Source of the DNA: Acidobacteriota bacterium
GTDB taxonomy: Bacteria > Acidobacteriota > Thermoanaerobaculia > UBA5066
Direction: 5' to 3'
Length of the DNA stretch: 64,000 nucleotides
Assembly (NCBI GenBank): GCA_008363385.1
Contig: RHKY01000034.1
Coordinates: forward strand, 14,903 to 78,902
Made by a program: the position numbers and the translations under genes. How positions within the stretch are numbered: the stretch's first letter is position 1; each line of letters starts with the position of its first letter. This document shows positions 27,648 to 37,100 of the stretch, piece by piece. The notes below the pieces were generated by a model, which searched no databases, was not told the DNA's origin, and saw only the letters and a list, made by a program, of their open reading frames with translations.

Positions 27648-28346
27648 TCACGGCCCCCTCTGGTTTCCCTCGTCCCGACCGTTTCCGCCGCCGGGCTCCG
27701 CCTGGGAACGCCGCTGGCGATCCCGCGCGTGGACGACTTCGGTGCAGACGCCGACCAGGCGGGTGACCCGCTCGGGGCTCGGCCGCCGGGCTACGCCTTC
27801 CAACCGGCGATCTGCGAACCGGCCCGCGATCAGGAAGCCTCTCCTGTTCGAGGTGACAGTCCGCGGATCCACGGACCCATCCGGGCTGACGGCGAACCGC
27901 CAGCCTTCCCCTTCGACGAGCAGGACGAACGGGAGCCCGTCGACGGTGCCCACGATCTCGTGTGGATCGCTCGCCGCACCGACTTCGAAACGAACGTCCG
28001 CGCCCGTGAAGTCGCTCGCGCTCGGCTGCCCCGCATCCTCGCCTGCCTGGCCTTCGGTCTCCCGGTTTGCCGCCTCGCGCCTCGAGAGCCTTCTCAGCCT
28101 GATCCTGACGATGCTGCTCCAGAGCTCCTCGAGGTCGCGATCGGGGGTCCCCCCTTCCACCTCCAGGCTGACCACCAGCGCGACCAGAAGGTGCTCCTGC
28201 TCCTCGGCGGGAAGAGCCCGTGCAGCCTCCAGAAACCGCCGCGCCTCGGCGTCCGACTGCGGCGCGCCGGCCAGCGCCTCCGTCCCGGCGGCACGTTCGG
28301 GGTCTCCTGTGGCTCCGTCGGGGGGACATCCCTGTGGCGAGGTCAT
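27648..28346 (-). CDS. hypothetical protein
   Basis: 232 aa with balanced composition (EEQEHLLVALVVSLEVEGG..., FEVGAASDPHEIVGTVDGLPFVLLVEGEGWRFAVSPDG). It ends 10 nt before the next gene's start. Confidence 0.5.
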   Translation of the reverse strand: MTSPQGCPPDGATGDPERAAGTEALAGAPQSDAEARRFLEAARALPAEEQEHLLVALVVSLEVEGGTPDRDLEELWSSIVRIRLRRLSRREAANRETEGQAGEDAGQPSASDFTGADVRFEVGAASDPHEIVGTVDGLPFVLLVEGEGWRFAVSPDGSVDPRTVTSNRRGFLIAGRFADRRLEGVARRPSPERVTRLVGVCTEVVHARDRQRRSQAEPGGGNGRDEGNQRGP

Positions 28347-28504
28347 CGATCGCTCCGGCTAGCTTCTTCTCGCGCTCCCTGCCGCCCGGTCACGACTCAA
28401 GAACGGCCTCCACCGGAGATGATACTGATAGTCCGGGTGCGTATCAACCGTATGCCGATAGACCGTCGCCGCATGAGCGGCAGCCCGGATAGGGTTCCTC
28501 GGCA

Positions 28505-28738
28505 GTGAAGCGCCATCCCGACCTGGTGGCCCTGGGTATCAGATTGCGCGAGCTGCGCGCAGCCCGCGGCTGGTCGCAAGAGGGTTTCGCACATCACTGC
28601 GGCCTCGATCGGACCTACTACGGCGGCATCGAGAGAGGCGAGCGCAACGTAGCGGTCGTCAACCTCCTGCGCATCGCCCGCTCGCTCGACGTGGAGGTTG
28701 GGGAGCTGTTCCGCCCGCCTGAATCCCGCGCGCGCTGA
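28505..28738 (+). CDS. XRE-family helix-turn-helix transcriptional regulator
   Basis: 77 aa, GTG start: LRELRAARGWSQEGFAHHCGLDRTYYGGIERGERNVAVVNLLRIARSLDVEVGELF is a canonical Cro/C1 HTH. Confidence 0.8.
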   Translation: MKRHPDLVALGIRLRELRAARGWSQEGFAHHCGLDRTYYGGIERGERNVAVVNLLRIARSLDVEVGELFRPPESRAR

Positions 28739-29317
28739 GCCGCAGTGTCGCTCCCGTAGGAGCAGGATGGGCCGCTTTCGCGTCACGCGGCTCGGGTCCC
28801 AGGCAGGAGGCAGTCGATCGGTCGACGTGCCGAGTCGTTCGTAGGTAAGCCCGAACTGCGCGGAGAGCCTTCCCGCAACGCCCCGCGGCCTGGCCCCGCC
28901 GCGACATCGGCTCAAAGCGCACGGTGAGGCGTGCCCGAGCGCTGGCAGCGCACTTGACGACTGTTCGAAAGCCCGGGTTCCGCACCCGCGCGGACTCGAC
29001 CTTGGCGACGCAGGACTGGCTCGGGACGATCTTCCGGGCCAGGTCTAGCTGGGAGAGGGCTTCCTCCTCCCCCCAGGACGACCGCCTCCCGCGTGGTCCT
29101 CATCTCGTCGAGGCGCTCCTCGACTGTTGTCCACAAACAAATAACCCCGCCCGAGGCCTTTCGGCTGGTCAGACGGGGAGGAAATCTAGAAGAGAGTATA
29201 GGCGCTCGCGGCGGCTCCCGCCGCGGGGCGGGACCTTAGCCGCTCTGCCGACCTCGCGCGGCGCCGAAGCGGCGGCGGCGGCGTGTCCGGCCTTCGGGCC
29301 CTATCAACTCCTCAGAT

Positions 29318-29480
29318 CACGCGAGTGGCGGGTGGCCTTGGCGTCGACGGCGAGGTGCCGGGAGTGCCGGGTGACCTTCGCAGCGATCCGCTTCGCCCGC
29401 CGGAGGGCCGCCGTCGCCTTGCCGAGCGCAAGCGTTAGGTCCCGAGAGTGACGGGTGACACGCGCGCCCGGTGATCCCGC
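29318..29480. repeat. three approximately 21-nt direct repeats at about 60-nt spacing, encoding a repeated (K/R)VTRHSR(D/H)L peptide if track ORF 29304..29609 (-) is translated
   Basis: On the plus strand: gcgagtggcgggtggcc / cgggagtgccgggtgacc / cgagagtgacgggtgacac. Confidence 0.5.
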
Positions 29481-29731
29481 TCGCTGGATAGCGGAGAGTG
29501 CACTACGCGCTGCCTGGACCGCAGTCCGAAGCGCCATGAGCTCCGCTTCGAGCACCCGGACGTCACGAGCGAGGGGATCGGGTCGGGGCTTCGTCCTCGC
29601 GGCTGGCATGCGTACCTCCGGTCTTCCGTTCAGCGCCTACACGGCTCGGAGCTCCGGCCGGCCGATTACGTGACGGGCCCCACCGCGTCTCCGTTCGGGA
29701 CTACTGCCCATCTCGGCGATCCGGGTCTCCG

Positions 29732-30481
29732 CTACAAGGGAAGCTGGACGAGGTAAGAGGCGCGCAGGGTGCAAGGCAAGGGATCTTGATCCGGGCAGTA
29801 GTACCGGATCCACGAGTTCACCGAAACCTGTGCGAGCGAGTCCGTCGGTCTCGTGTACCCGACGACCGTTCCGCAGACGGCTGTGATCGGAGCCGGGTCG
29901 CAACTCATCCTGCTGAGAGTGCGCCAGGAGCTGCTGCCGTCTCTCGCCGAGATCGTCACGACCGAGTTCCAGCCCGCCGGCCGCGTGTGCGCGGCCATGA
30001 CGGTCCACTCGTACTGTGGCATGCCAGACCCAACCGCCGGGCACGAAACCCTGAGACGGTGCCCCTCGGAGAAGTAGATGTCGAGGTCGGACCGGCAGTA
30101 TGAGGAGCCGCTATTCGGGCTCATGGAAGCCCAGTGAGGGCTAGGGCTTGGTCGTGACTCGCTGACCGCCGGACCGACTAACCGCGAGATCTCAGCTTCC
30201 GGCACTCGTACGATCGGGAGCGGAGACGGGAGATCCCTTGCCGACTCCTCCGCGTCTGCGAGCTCAGCTGTCGTCGAGCGACGCCCCAGAATCGCGAACC
30301 CCTCGGGCAGCGCCGCCGAGTCCGGGGCCAAGACCGTCCGCGTCGCCTCGTCAACGTACAGACGGGTCTCCGCTTCGGGCGGTCTGTCAGACTGGGGCAC
30401 CTCCGCCCCGAGACACGAAAGGCCTCCCGACAAGAGCAGCGTGGCCATGCCAACCAGCATCCCGACCGTTCTGAGATTCAT
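29732..30481 (-). CDS. secreted hypothetical protein (signal peptide, Cys-rich), lower GC
   Basis: C-terminal 249 aa of track ORF 29732..30868. Starts MNLRTVGMLVGMATLLLSGGLSC, with 8 Cys and W/Y-rich stretches. Local GC is about 62 % versus about 73 % for the genome. Confidence 0.6.
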   Translation of the reverse strand: MNLRTVGMLVGMATLLLSGGLSCLGAEVPQSDRPPEAETRLYVDEATRTVLAPDSAALPEGFAILGRRSTTAELADAEESARDLPSPLPIVRVPEAEISRLVGPAVSESRPSPSPHWASMSPNSGSSYCRSDLDIYFSEGHRLRVSCPAVGSGMPQYEWTVMAAHTRPAGWNSVVTISARDGSSSWRTLSRMSCDPAPITAVCGTVVGYTRPTDSLAQVSVNSWIRYYCPDQDPLPCTLRASYLVQLPL

Positions 30482-30504
30482 GTCGATCCTCTCTCCCGTT
30501 CGAC

Positions 30505-30843
30505 TCATCGTTCGGGGCCGCCGTACTTCCGTGGTATCGCAACCGACCTTACGGGCTGGGGGATCTCCGGCCCGCCCGGCCCCGCCTTGACGAGAAGGCC
30601 CGCGACGCGCGGGTCGCCCGCCGCCAGCGCGCCGCAGACTCCGCCGTAGCAGGTCCTCACCGTGGCCGACTCGGCCACGTTCAGCGTCTGGGCCTCGTCC
30701 CCCGGAGCGATCGAGAGGCGTGCCCCCTCGACGAGGAGCCGTTCCGAGGCGATCGGCCCCGAAACCTGCGCCGACACGAGCCCCGGCGCCGCGCCGAGGA
30801 GGGCGGCGAGGACCAGGATCGGCAGTCGGACGGGACGGGGCAT
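30505..30843 (-). CDS. small secreted hypothetical protein
   Basis: 112 aa starting MPRPVRLPILVLAALLGAAPGLVSAQ (a signal peptide), with a Cys pair (CYGGVC). Confidence 0.5.
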   Translation of the reverse strand: MPRPVRLPILVLAALLGAAPGLVSAQVSGPIASERLLVEGARLSIAPGDEAQTLNVAESATVRTCYGGVCGALAAGDPRVAGLLVKAGPGGPEIPQPVRSVAIPRKYGGPER

Positions 30844-30972
30844 GGTGCAGGCCAGGGCCGGAAGACACTCCTGCTTCGGTTCGAGGTCTGACGTTTGGAA
30901 CCGAAAGCGCGGTGGAGTCTATGGAGCAGAAGCCCGATTCGCAAGTAGTTCGTTTGATTCATCCCAGAGCCA

Positions 30973-31174
30973 GAACAAATACCGCAGGGCCAGCATGTCT
31001 CTTGGCGGGAGAAGGGACATGGGGCCGGAGGGCAGAACGTATAACGGAGCTCTGACCCCGCGCGAGCTTTCCTGATCCGAAACAAATACCGCACGGTCGG
31101 TGCCTCCCCTGGCGGGACAAGGGACAATGGGGCCATGGAACAGAACGTATAACGGAGCTCTGACCCTCCGCGAG
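30973..31174. repeat. imperfect tandem direct repeat, two copies of about 95 bp (30973-31066 and 31080-31174)
   Basis: Shared blocks: gaacaaataccgca ... tggcggga(g/c)aagggaca(t/at)ggggcc ... cagaacgtataacggagctctgacc ... cgcgag. An internal 15-nt segment is divergent. The repeat is AT-richer than its surroundings and lies in an intergenic region. Confidence 0.75.
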
Positions 31175-31231
31175 TGACCCTCCGCGTGCGGGTCCGGGTC
31201 CCGGCCTGATCCCCCGGCGCGGCCGGCTCCC

Positions 31232-32752
31232 TCAGCGCCGGATCGCGTCGAGGAGGCGGCGGGCCTTCTTGGCGACGGCCTCGGCCGCCGGCGGGTCGTC
31301 GTTGGCCAGGACGACGAGGACGAGGCCGGTCCCGCGGTCGGCGTCGAGGAGGGCGTTGATCCCCGGCGCGCCGCCGGCGACGCCGATGCCGCCGCGGGTG
31401 CGGTCGCCGGGCGGCTTCCCCGGGACCGGCTCGGCGCGGGTGAGGACCCACTCGGTGTACGGCGGCGTCAGGAGCCGGTCGCCGAGGAGGGCCGCGACGA
31501 ACCGGAGAAGGTCGGGCGCGGTCGAGTAGCCGCCGCCGGCGGCGCTCCCCCGCGCCGGGCGCGTGTAGACGTTCTTCCGCCTCGGGCCCTCGGTCCGGTC
31601 CTCGCCGTCCCAGCGGCGCGTGTAGCCCTCGGCCATGTTCGGGACGACGACGTCGGCCTCGTACGAGTCGGTGTCCGTCATCCCCGCCCGCTTGTAGACG
31701 TTCTCGCGGACGGTGTCGTGGTAGTCGCGCCCGCTCGCCTTCGCGACGATCTCGCCCAGGACGACGTACCCGCCGTTCGAGTACCTCCGGTCGGTCCCCG
31801 GCGCGAAGAGGAGGGGCTTCTTCGCGAAGAGCGGGAGGTAGTCGGCGTTCTTCCGGAGCCGTTCCTTGGGCGTCGCGTCGAACTCCTCCCCGAAGAAGTC
31901 GCCGATCCCCGACTGCATGTCGAGGAGCTGACGGACCGTCGCCTTGCGGGCGTCGGCGTTCGGGTAGTCGGGGAGGTGCTTGCCGATCGTGTCGTCGAGC
32001 GAGAGCTTCCCCGCCTCCACGAGCTGCCCGACGGCCACCTTCGTGAAGAGCTTGTTGATCGAGCCGAGGTTGAACTTCGTGTCCGGCCGGTTCGAGACGT
32101 CGTGCTCGCGGCTGGCGAGCCCCCAGGCGCGGTGGAGGAGGACCTTCCCGTCGCGCGCCACGAGGACGACGCCCGAGAAGCGGTCCTCGACGACGGCCTG
32201 CGAGACGGCCTTCTCGATCGCCTCGAGGGCCTGGCCCTCGGCCATCGGCGGGGGCGGCCCCGCGAGGTCGTCCGCGTCGGCCTCGTCGACGCCGATCCCG
32301 AGGAGGTACGTGTCCGGCGCGGGGCCGAAGGCGAACGTCCACTTCTGCAGGCGGCTCCCCTCCCCCTGCGTGACGACGACGACCTCGTCCGCCGAGGGGG
32401 CGTCCACCCGGCGGACCTTCACCGCGCCGGTCTCGTTCCGGATCGCGGCCAGGCGGCGGCCGCGCTCGGCGGCGGGGCGCTGCTTCAGCGACTCCGGCCC
32501 CATGGCGGAGGAGAAGAACGCCGCGAGCCGCTCCTCGCCGCCGGAGGCGAACGCCTCGAAGAAGGCCGCCGCGCGCTTGCCGGTCGGGGTGTCGGGGAAG
32601 GCCTCGGGCCGCGGCTCGGCGCCCCGCAGGGGGAGCGCGAGGAGCGCCAGGAGGAAGAGGGCGAGCCAGAGGAGGACGACCCTGATATCGGGACGGGGGA
32701 TCCCCATTTCGGGATCCCGGGACGGCACCGAGCGGCGAGGAAGCGGTTTCAT
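31232..32752 (-). CDS. serine hydrolase, beta-lactamase (class C / PBP-like) family, secreted
   Basis: Contains the SxxK motif (LGSINKLFTK) and YSNGGY (YxN). A signal-like hydrophobic segment is present. The start is ATG MKPLPRR or the downstream MGIPRP. Confidence 0.75.
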   Translation of the reverse strand: MKPLPRRSVPSRDPEMGIPRPDIRVVLLWLALFLLALLALPLRGAEPRPEAFPDTPTGKRAAAFFEAFASGGEERLAAFFSSAMGPESLKQRPAAERGRRLAAIRNETGAVKVRRVDAPSADEVVVVTQGEGSRLQKWTFAFGPAPDTYLLGIGVDEADADDLAGPPPPMAEGQALEAIEKAVSQAVVEDRFSGVVLVARDGKVLLHRAWGLASREHDVSNRPDTKFNLGSINKLFTKVAVGQLVEAGKLSLDDTIGKHLPDYPNADARKATVRQLLDMQSGIGDFFGEEFDATPKERLRKNADYLPLFAKKPLLFAPGTDRRYSNGGYVVLGEIVAKASGRDYHDTVRENVYKRAGMTDTDSYEADVVVPNMAEGYTRRWDGEDRTEGPRRKNVYTRPARGSAAGGGYSTAPDLLRFVAALLGDRLLTPPYTEWVLTRAEPVPGKPPGDRTRGGIGVAGGAPGINALLDADRGTGLVLVVLANDDPPAAEAVAKKARRLLDAIRR

Positions 32753-32841
32753 GCGCCCTCCTGTCGAAGCTCTCACCGGGAGAGCATGGACCATGCCGGC
32801 GCCGGGGGCTCTGGTAGCGTGCGGACCCGGAGGGAGTGCCG

Positions 32842-33537
32842 ATGACCGGGACCCCGGCCCCGTTCCCGCCGCACGTGACGTTCGAGCTGCCGGGCTGGGA
32901 GCTTCTCTGGGCCGAGCTGGTCCCGACGGGCGAGGGGGGCGAGGGGGGCAAGGTGCTCGCCGCCCTGCGGGACGAGGCCGCCGCGCGCGCCCGGGGCCGC
33001 TGGAGCCTGGAGACGCTCTCCGCGGACCCGGCCGTCCAGGGCCTGAGGAAGCTCTTCCGCCGCGCCGGGTGCGACCCGACGCGCTACCGCTCGGGCTCGG
33101 AGTCGCTCCTCCGCCGGGTGCTGAAGGGCGAGGAGTTCCCCGCCGTCGACCCGCTCGTCGACCTCGGGAACTGCGTGGCGGCCGAGCTGGCCACCAACGT
33201 CTGCGTGATGGATGCCGATCTGGCCGCCCCGCCGTTCGTCTTCCGCGCGGGGCGCCCGGGCGAGGAGATGCTCTCCCTCCGCGGGCCGTTCGACTGCGCG
33301 GGAAAGCCGCTCCTCCTCGACGCGAACGGGCCCGCGGACGTCCCGATCACCGGCTCGGAGAGGCTCCGCGTCACGCCGGCCACCCGGCGCGCGTGGCTGA
33401 TCGTGTACCTCCCGGCAGGGGTCGTCCCGGCGTCGAGGGCCGAGGAGACCGTCCGCCGCCTCGTCGCCGCGGCCCCGGTGGCACGGCTCACCGGGGTCGG
33501 CGCGGTATCCGCCCCGGAGGGCCGGCGCTCCGACTGA
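32842..33537 (+). CDS. B3/4 domain-containing protein (tRNA-ligase B3/B4-like)
   Basis: About 231 aa. A GGAGGG ribosome-binding site lies 7 nt before the ATG (MTGTPAPF). The protein has coding-like composition and may be an uncharacterised B3/B4-type domain. Confidence 0.5.
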   Translation: MTGTPAPFPPHVTFELPGWELLWAELVPTGEGGEGGKVLAALRDEAAARARGRWSLETLSADPAVQGLRKLFRRAGCDPTRYRSGSESLLRRVLKGEEFPAVDPLVDLGNCVAAELATNVCVMDADLAAPPFVFRAGRPGEEMLSLRGPFDCAGKPLLLDANGPADVPITGSERLRVTPATRRAWLIVYLPAGVVPASRAEETVRRLVAAAPVARLTGVGAVSAPEGRRSD

Positions 33538-33595
33538 GGCCACCGCGGTTCCTCCGGCCGCGGCGGCCCGGGATCCCCCGGGCGGATCGGTCCGG

Positions 33596-34099
33596 CTACC
33601 TCGCGGCCGCGAGGGCCTTGTCGTAGTCCGGGTGGTGGGTCACCTCGGGGACGATCTCGGCGTGCTTGACGACGCCGTCCTTGCCGACGACGAAGATCGC
33701 CCGGGCCAGGAGGCGGAGCTCCTTGATGAGGACGCCGTAGGCGGTGCCGAACGAGGCGTCGCGGTGGTCGCTCAGGGTGAGCGCCTTCTCGATGCCGGCG
33801 ACCGAGCAGAACCGCTTGTTCGCGAACGGCAGGTCCATGCTGACGTTCAGGACGGCGACGTCGTCGCCGATCCTGGCCGCCTCGTCGTTGAACCGGCGCA
33901 GCTGCGCGTCGCAGATCGGGGTGTCGAGCGACGGCGTGACGCTGATGACGAGCGTCTTGCCCGCGAAGTCCGCGAGCGTCTTGGCGCCGAGGCCGTTGTC
34001 GAGGACCGTGAAGTCGGGGGCCCGGTCGCCGGCCTCGACCTCCGGGCCGACGAGCGTCAGCGGGCCGCCGAGGTACGTGATGACGCCGGTTCTCTCCAT
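33596..34099 (-). CDS. tpx: thiol peroxidase (atypical 2-Cys peroxiredoxin)
   Basis: C-terminal 167 aa of track ORF 33596..38722: MERTGVITYLGG...TLVISVTPSLDTPICDAQ...FCSVAGIEKAL match the Tpx peroxidatic and resolving Cys context. Confidence 0.85.
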   Translation of the reverse strand: MERTGVITYLGGPLTLVGPEVEAGDRAPDFTVLDNGLGAKTLADFAGKTLVISVTPSLDTPICDAQLRRFNDEAARIGDDVAVLNVSMDLPFANKRFCSVAGIEKALTLSDHRDASFGTAYGVLIKELRLLARAIFVVGKDGVVKHAEIVPEVTHHPDYDKALAAAR

Positions 34100-34110
34100 G
34101 GGCTCTCCTT

Positions 34111-37100
34111 TCATCCTTGCGCGGGCTTCGCGAGCTCCTCCTTCAGGAGCATCGCGCCGCCCTTGGTGAGGTCGTCCCGGGTCAGCTCTCCCTTGGCGAG
34201 GCGGGCGAGGAGCGCGCGCTGCGCCCGGTACTCCCTGTTCTCGACGCCGGCCTTCCCCTGCAGGAGCCGCCAGGCCTTCCGCCGCTCCACGCAGAGGAGG
34301 ACCATCTGCCGCGAGAGGGCGTAGTAGCCCGGCTGCCCGTCGCCGTCCTCGGCCTTGACGAAGACCCCGAAGTCCGGGACGAAGACGGGGCTCTTCGGGT
34401 CGAAGACCCTCCGCTTGACGACGTCGTCCTGGGTGAGGAGGACGAGGACGTCCTCCAGCGCGATCATCCCCGACGCCTTCTCCGGCGTCGTCCTCCGCAC
34501 GTGCTGGCGGAACCGCGCCTCGGTGACGGCGTAGTGGGCGACCGTGTACCGGACCTTCTCGCCCGTCGACTTCAGGGTCGTCTCCCACCAGTCCTTGTCG
34601 AACGCGGGGTTCCCCTTGACCTCGATCGCCTCGCGGTAGGTCTCGCCCTTGCCCGGGTTGTACGTGAACTCCGGGATCATCCGGCAGTCCCGGGCCCGCT
34701 GCGACTGGAGCGTGGAGACGTCGTCGCCGACGCCGTGCTCGGGCTGGCAGGGGGTGAAGCTCTGGACGAACGCGGTCCCGCGGTACTCCAGGGCGTCGAG
34801 GAGCGCCTTGTAGAGCTTCGGCGCGTTGGCCATCGAGACCTGGGCCACGAAGGGAGAGCCGTGCCCGGCGCAGAAGATCTCGGCGAGGCCCTTCTTCTCG
34901 GTCAGCTTGCCCTGCGTGGCGGCACCGATCTGGTTCATGTCGAAGCCGCCGGTGATGACCGAGGAGTCGGAGTTCTGACCGCCGGTGTTCGAGTAGACCT
35001 GCGTGTCGAGCATCAGAGACTTCACGTTCGGCCGGTTCTGAAGGACCACCTTCGAGACGTTCTGGAAGCCGATGTCGCCCATCCCGCCGTCGCCGCCGAT
35101 CGCCCAGGCCTTCGGCAGCTCGGCCACCTCGAGGTCGGTCATCAGCGCGTCGGTCAGGTGGGCCAGGTCGAAGTACTCCGCCGCCGTCAGGACCTCCCCG
35201 TCCCGGTCGAGGAGGGCGTCGGCCAGCCTCTCGGGGATGACGGAGCGGCGGGCGTGGTCCATCAGGAACGCCTCCCCGAAGAGCCAGGCGACGGTGACGC
35301 CGTCCTGGAAGAGGGAGTTCATCCAGGGGTAGGGGTGCGGGTTGTTCGGGGGCGTCGAGCCGAAGACGGTGTTGCAGCCGGTGTGCGCCCCCATCGCCAT
35401 CACCGACATCCCGTTCGCCAGCCGGCCGTCGATCGCCTGCAGGCCGCGGTGGTTGAAGGCCTCCTGCCGGAGGACCGCCCGCAGCGCGCCGACGACCTCC
35501 TCGTCGGGGATCGGCCCGCGGGCGGCGATCCGGGAGTCGGTGTCCTCGTCGCTCTCCCCGCCGAGGCCCATCAGGAAGTGAGCGACGGCCCGGACGAAGC
35601 GGGCGTGCCCCTCGGGGCTCCGCGCCTTCAGGGCCGTCAGGCGGCCGACGCCCTCCCCGTCCAGCCGCGCGGCCTTGGCCGCGAGCCGCTCGGCCTTCGC
35701 GTGGAAGATCGGCCGCATGTACGCCTCGGTCACCGAGGCGACCGCGCGCAGGACGGTCTTCTCGCCGCACCCGGCGCACGCGCCGTCGCCCGCGACGAGG
35801 GCGTCGTAGCTCGAGCGGACCATCAGGTGGTTCCTCAGCGCGGCCTCGCGCGAGGACTGGGGCTTCTCCGGGTCGTAGAGGCCGAGGTACTTCCTCGGCG
35901 TGTCGGAGAGGAGGTTGAGGAAGCCCATCGCCGTGGCGTGCCTGGCGTTCAGCTCCTCGGTCTCCTCCACCATCTTCAGCGCCTGGTGGTCGCCGCACTC
36001 GGTGACGCACTCGCCGCACCCCTTGCAGAGGTCCGAGACGAAGATCGAGAAGACGCCGCCCGCGCCCGGGGACTTCCGCTCCAGGTTCGCGAAGATCGCG
36101 TTGACCTTGGCGTAGGCGAGCGGGAGCGTGTCGACGATGGCGCAGAGCTGCTGCTTGCTCTCCGCGGAGACGACGCCGATCGGCTCGACAGCGGCGCGGA
36201 CGAGGTCGCGGACGGGGGTGGCGGCCTTCGCCTGCTGCGCGGCCACCATCCCGGCGCGGACCGACCGTTCGACGTCCGGGAGGCTCGCGAGGAGGCGCGC
36301 GCGGTCCATCGGGTCCGTGACGTAGCCGCGGACGGCGGTCGTCAGGACGGTCATCAGGTCCTGCGCGGTGTTCGGCAGGGCCGTGTCGGGGCAGGACGAG
36401 ATGCACTCCATGCACTGGGTGCAGTTCTCGGCGACGAAGACAGGGGTCATCCGGCGCGCGACGTACTTCGTCGCGACGTCGCCCGTCGCCGCCGCCGCGA
36501 CGCCCGCCGCGGCGAGGACCGAGGCCGGCTGGTGGTAGCCGAGGCCGGCGCGGAACTCCCGGTCGAACGTCTCGCGGCGGAAGACGGGGGCCCGCTCCCC
36601 CTGGGCCGCGGGCTTCGGGATGCCCAGGCACGTCGTGCCGCACTCGGCGAGCGGCGCGATCGAGGTCCCGCGCATGCTCGACGTGTCGGGGGCGTCGACG
36701 TCCCCGTAGGCGATCTCCCGCACGCGCGAGAAGCCCTGGAGCATCACCTGCATGTTCGAGGCGACGACGGCCTCGCCGAACCGGCCGAACTTCTTCCGGT
36801 ACTGCTTCTCGACCTGCTCGTCGAAGCGCTCCCGGTCGATCCCGAACTCCGTCAGGAAGGGCGAGACCGCGAAGAAGGCGCCGAGGAAGGCGTTCCCCTG
36901 CATCCGCAGCTGCAGGTCCGGCCGGTCGGTGGCGTTCCGGGCGATCTCGAAGCCGGGGAGGATGTAGCAGCGGATCTTCTTCTCCAGGATCGTGAGGCGG
37001 TGCTTCCGCGGGATTCGCGACCACGCCGTCTCGGGGCTCTCGCTCGACTCCCAGACGAAGGCGCCCCCCTCGGCCATCCCGTCGAGCGGGTTCGTGTGCG

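Noticed and set aside
28912-29136. 74-aa ORF MWTTVEERLDEMRTTREAVVLGGGG... and a nearby tRNA-like GGTTCC segment (about 28950-28990)
   Set aside because: The ORF has a protein-like first 20 aa, then degenerates and overlaps other frames, so it could be a gene remnant but is unsupported. The GGTTCCGCA stretch lacks a complementary T-stem and acceptor stem, so it is not a tRNA.
30681-33626. ORFs 30681..32951 (-) and 31980..33626 (+)
   Set aside because: Out-of-frame or antisense readings across the beta-lactamase-family and B3/4 genes and the tandem repeat; RPG-rich.
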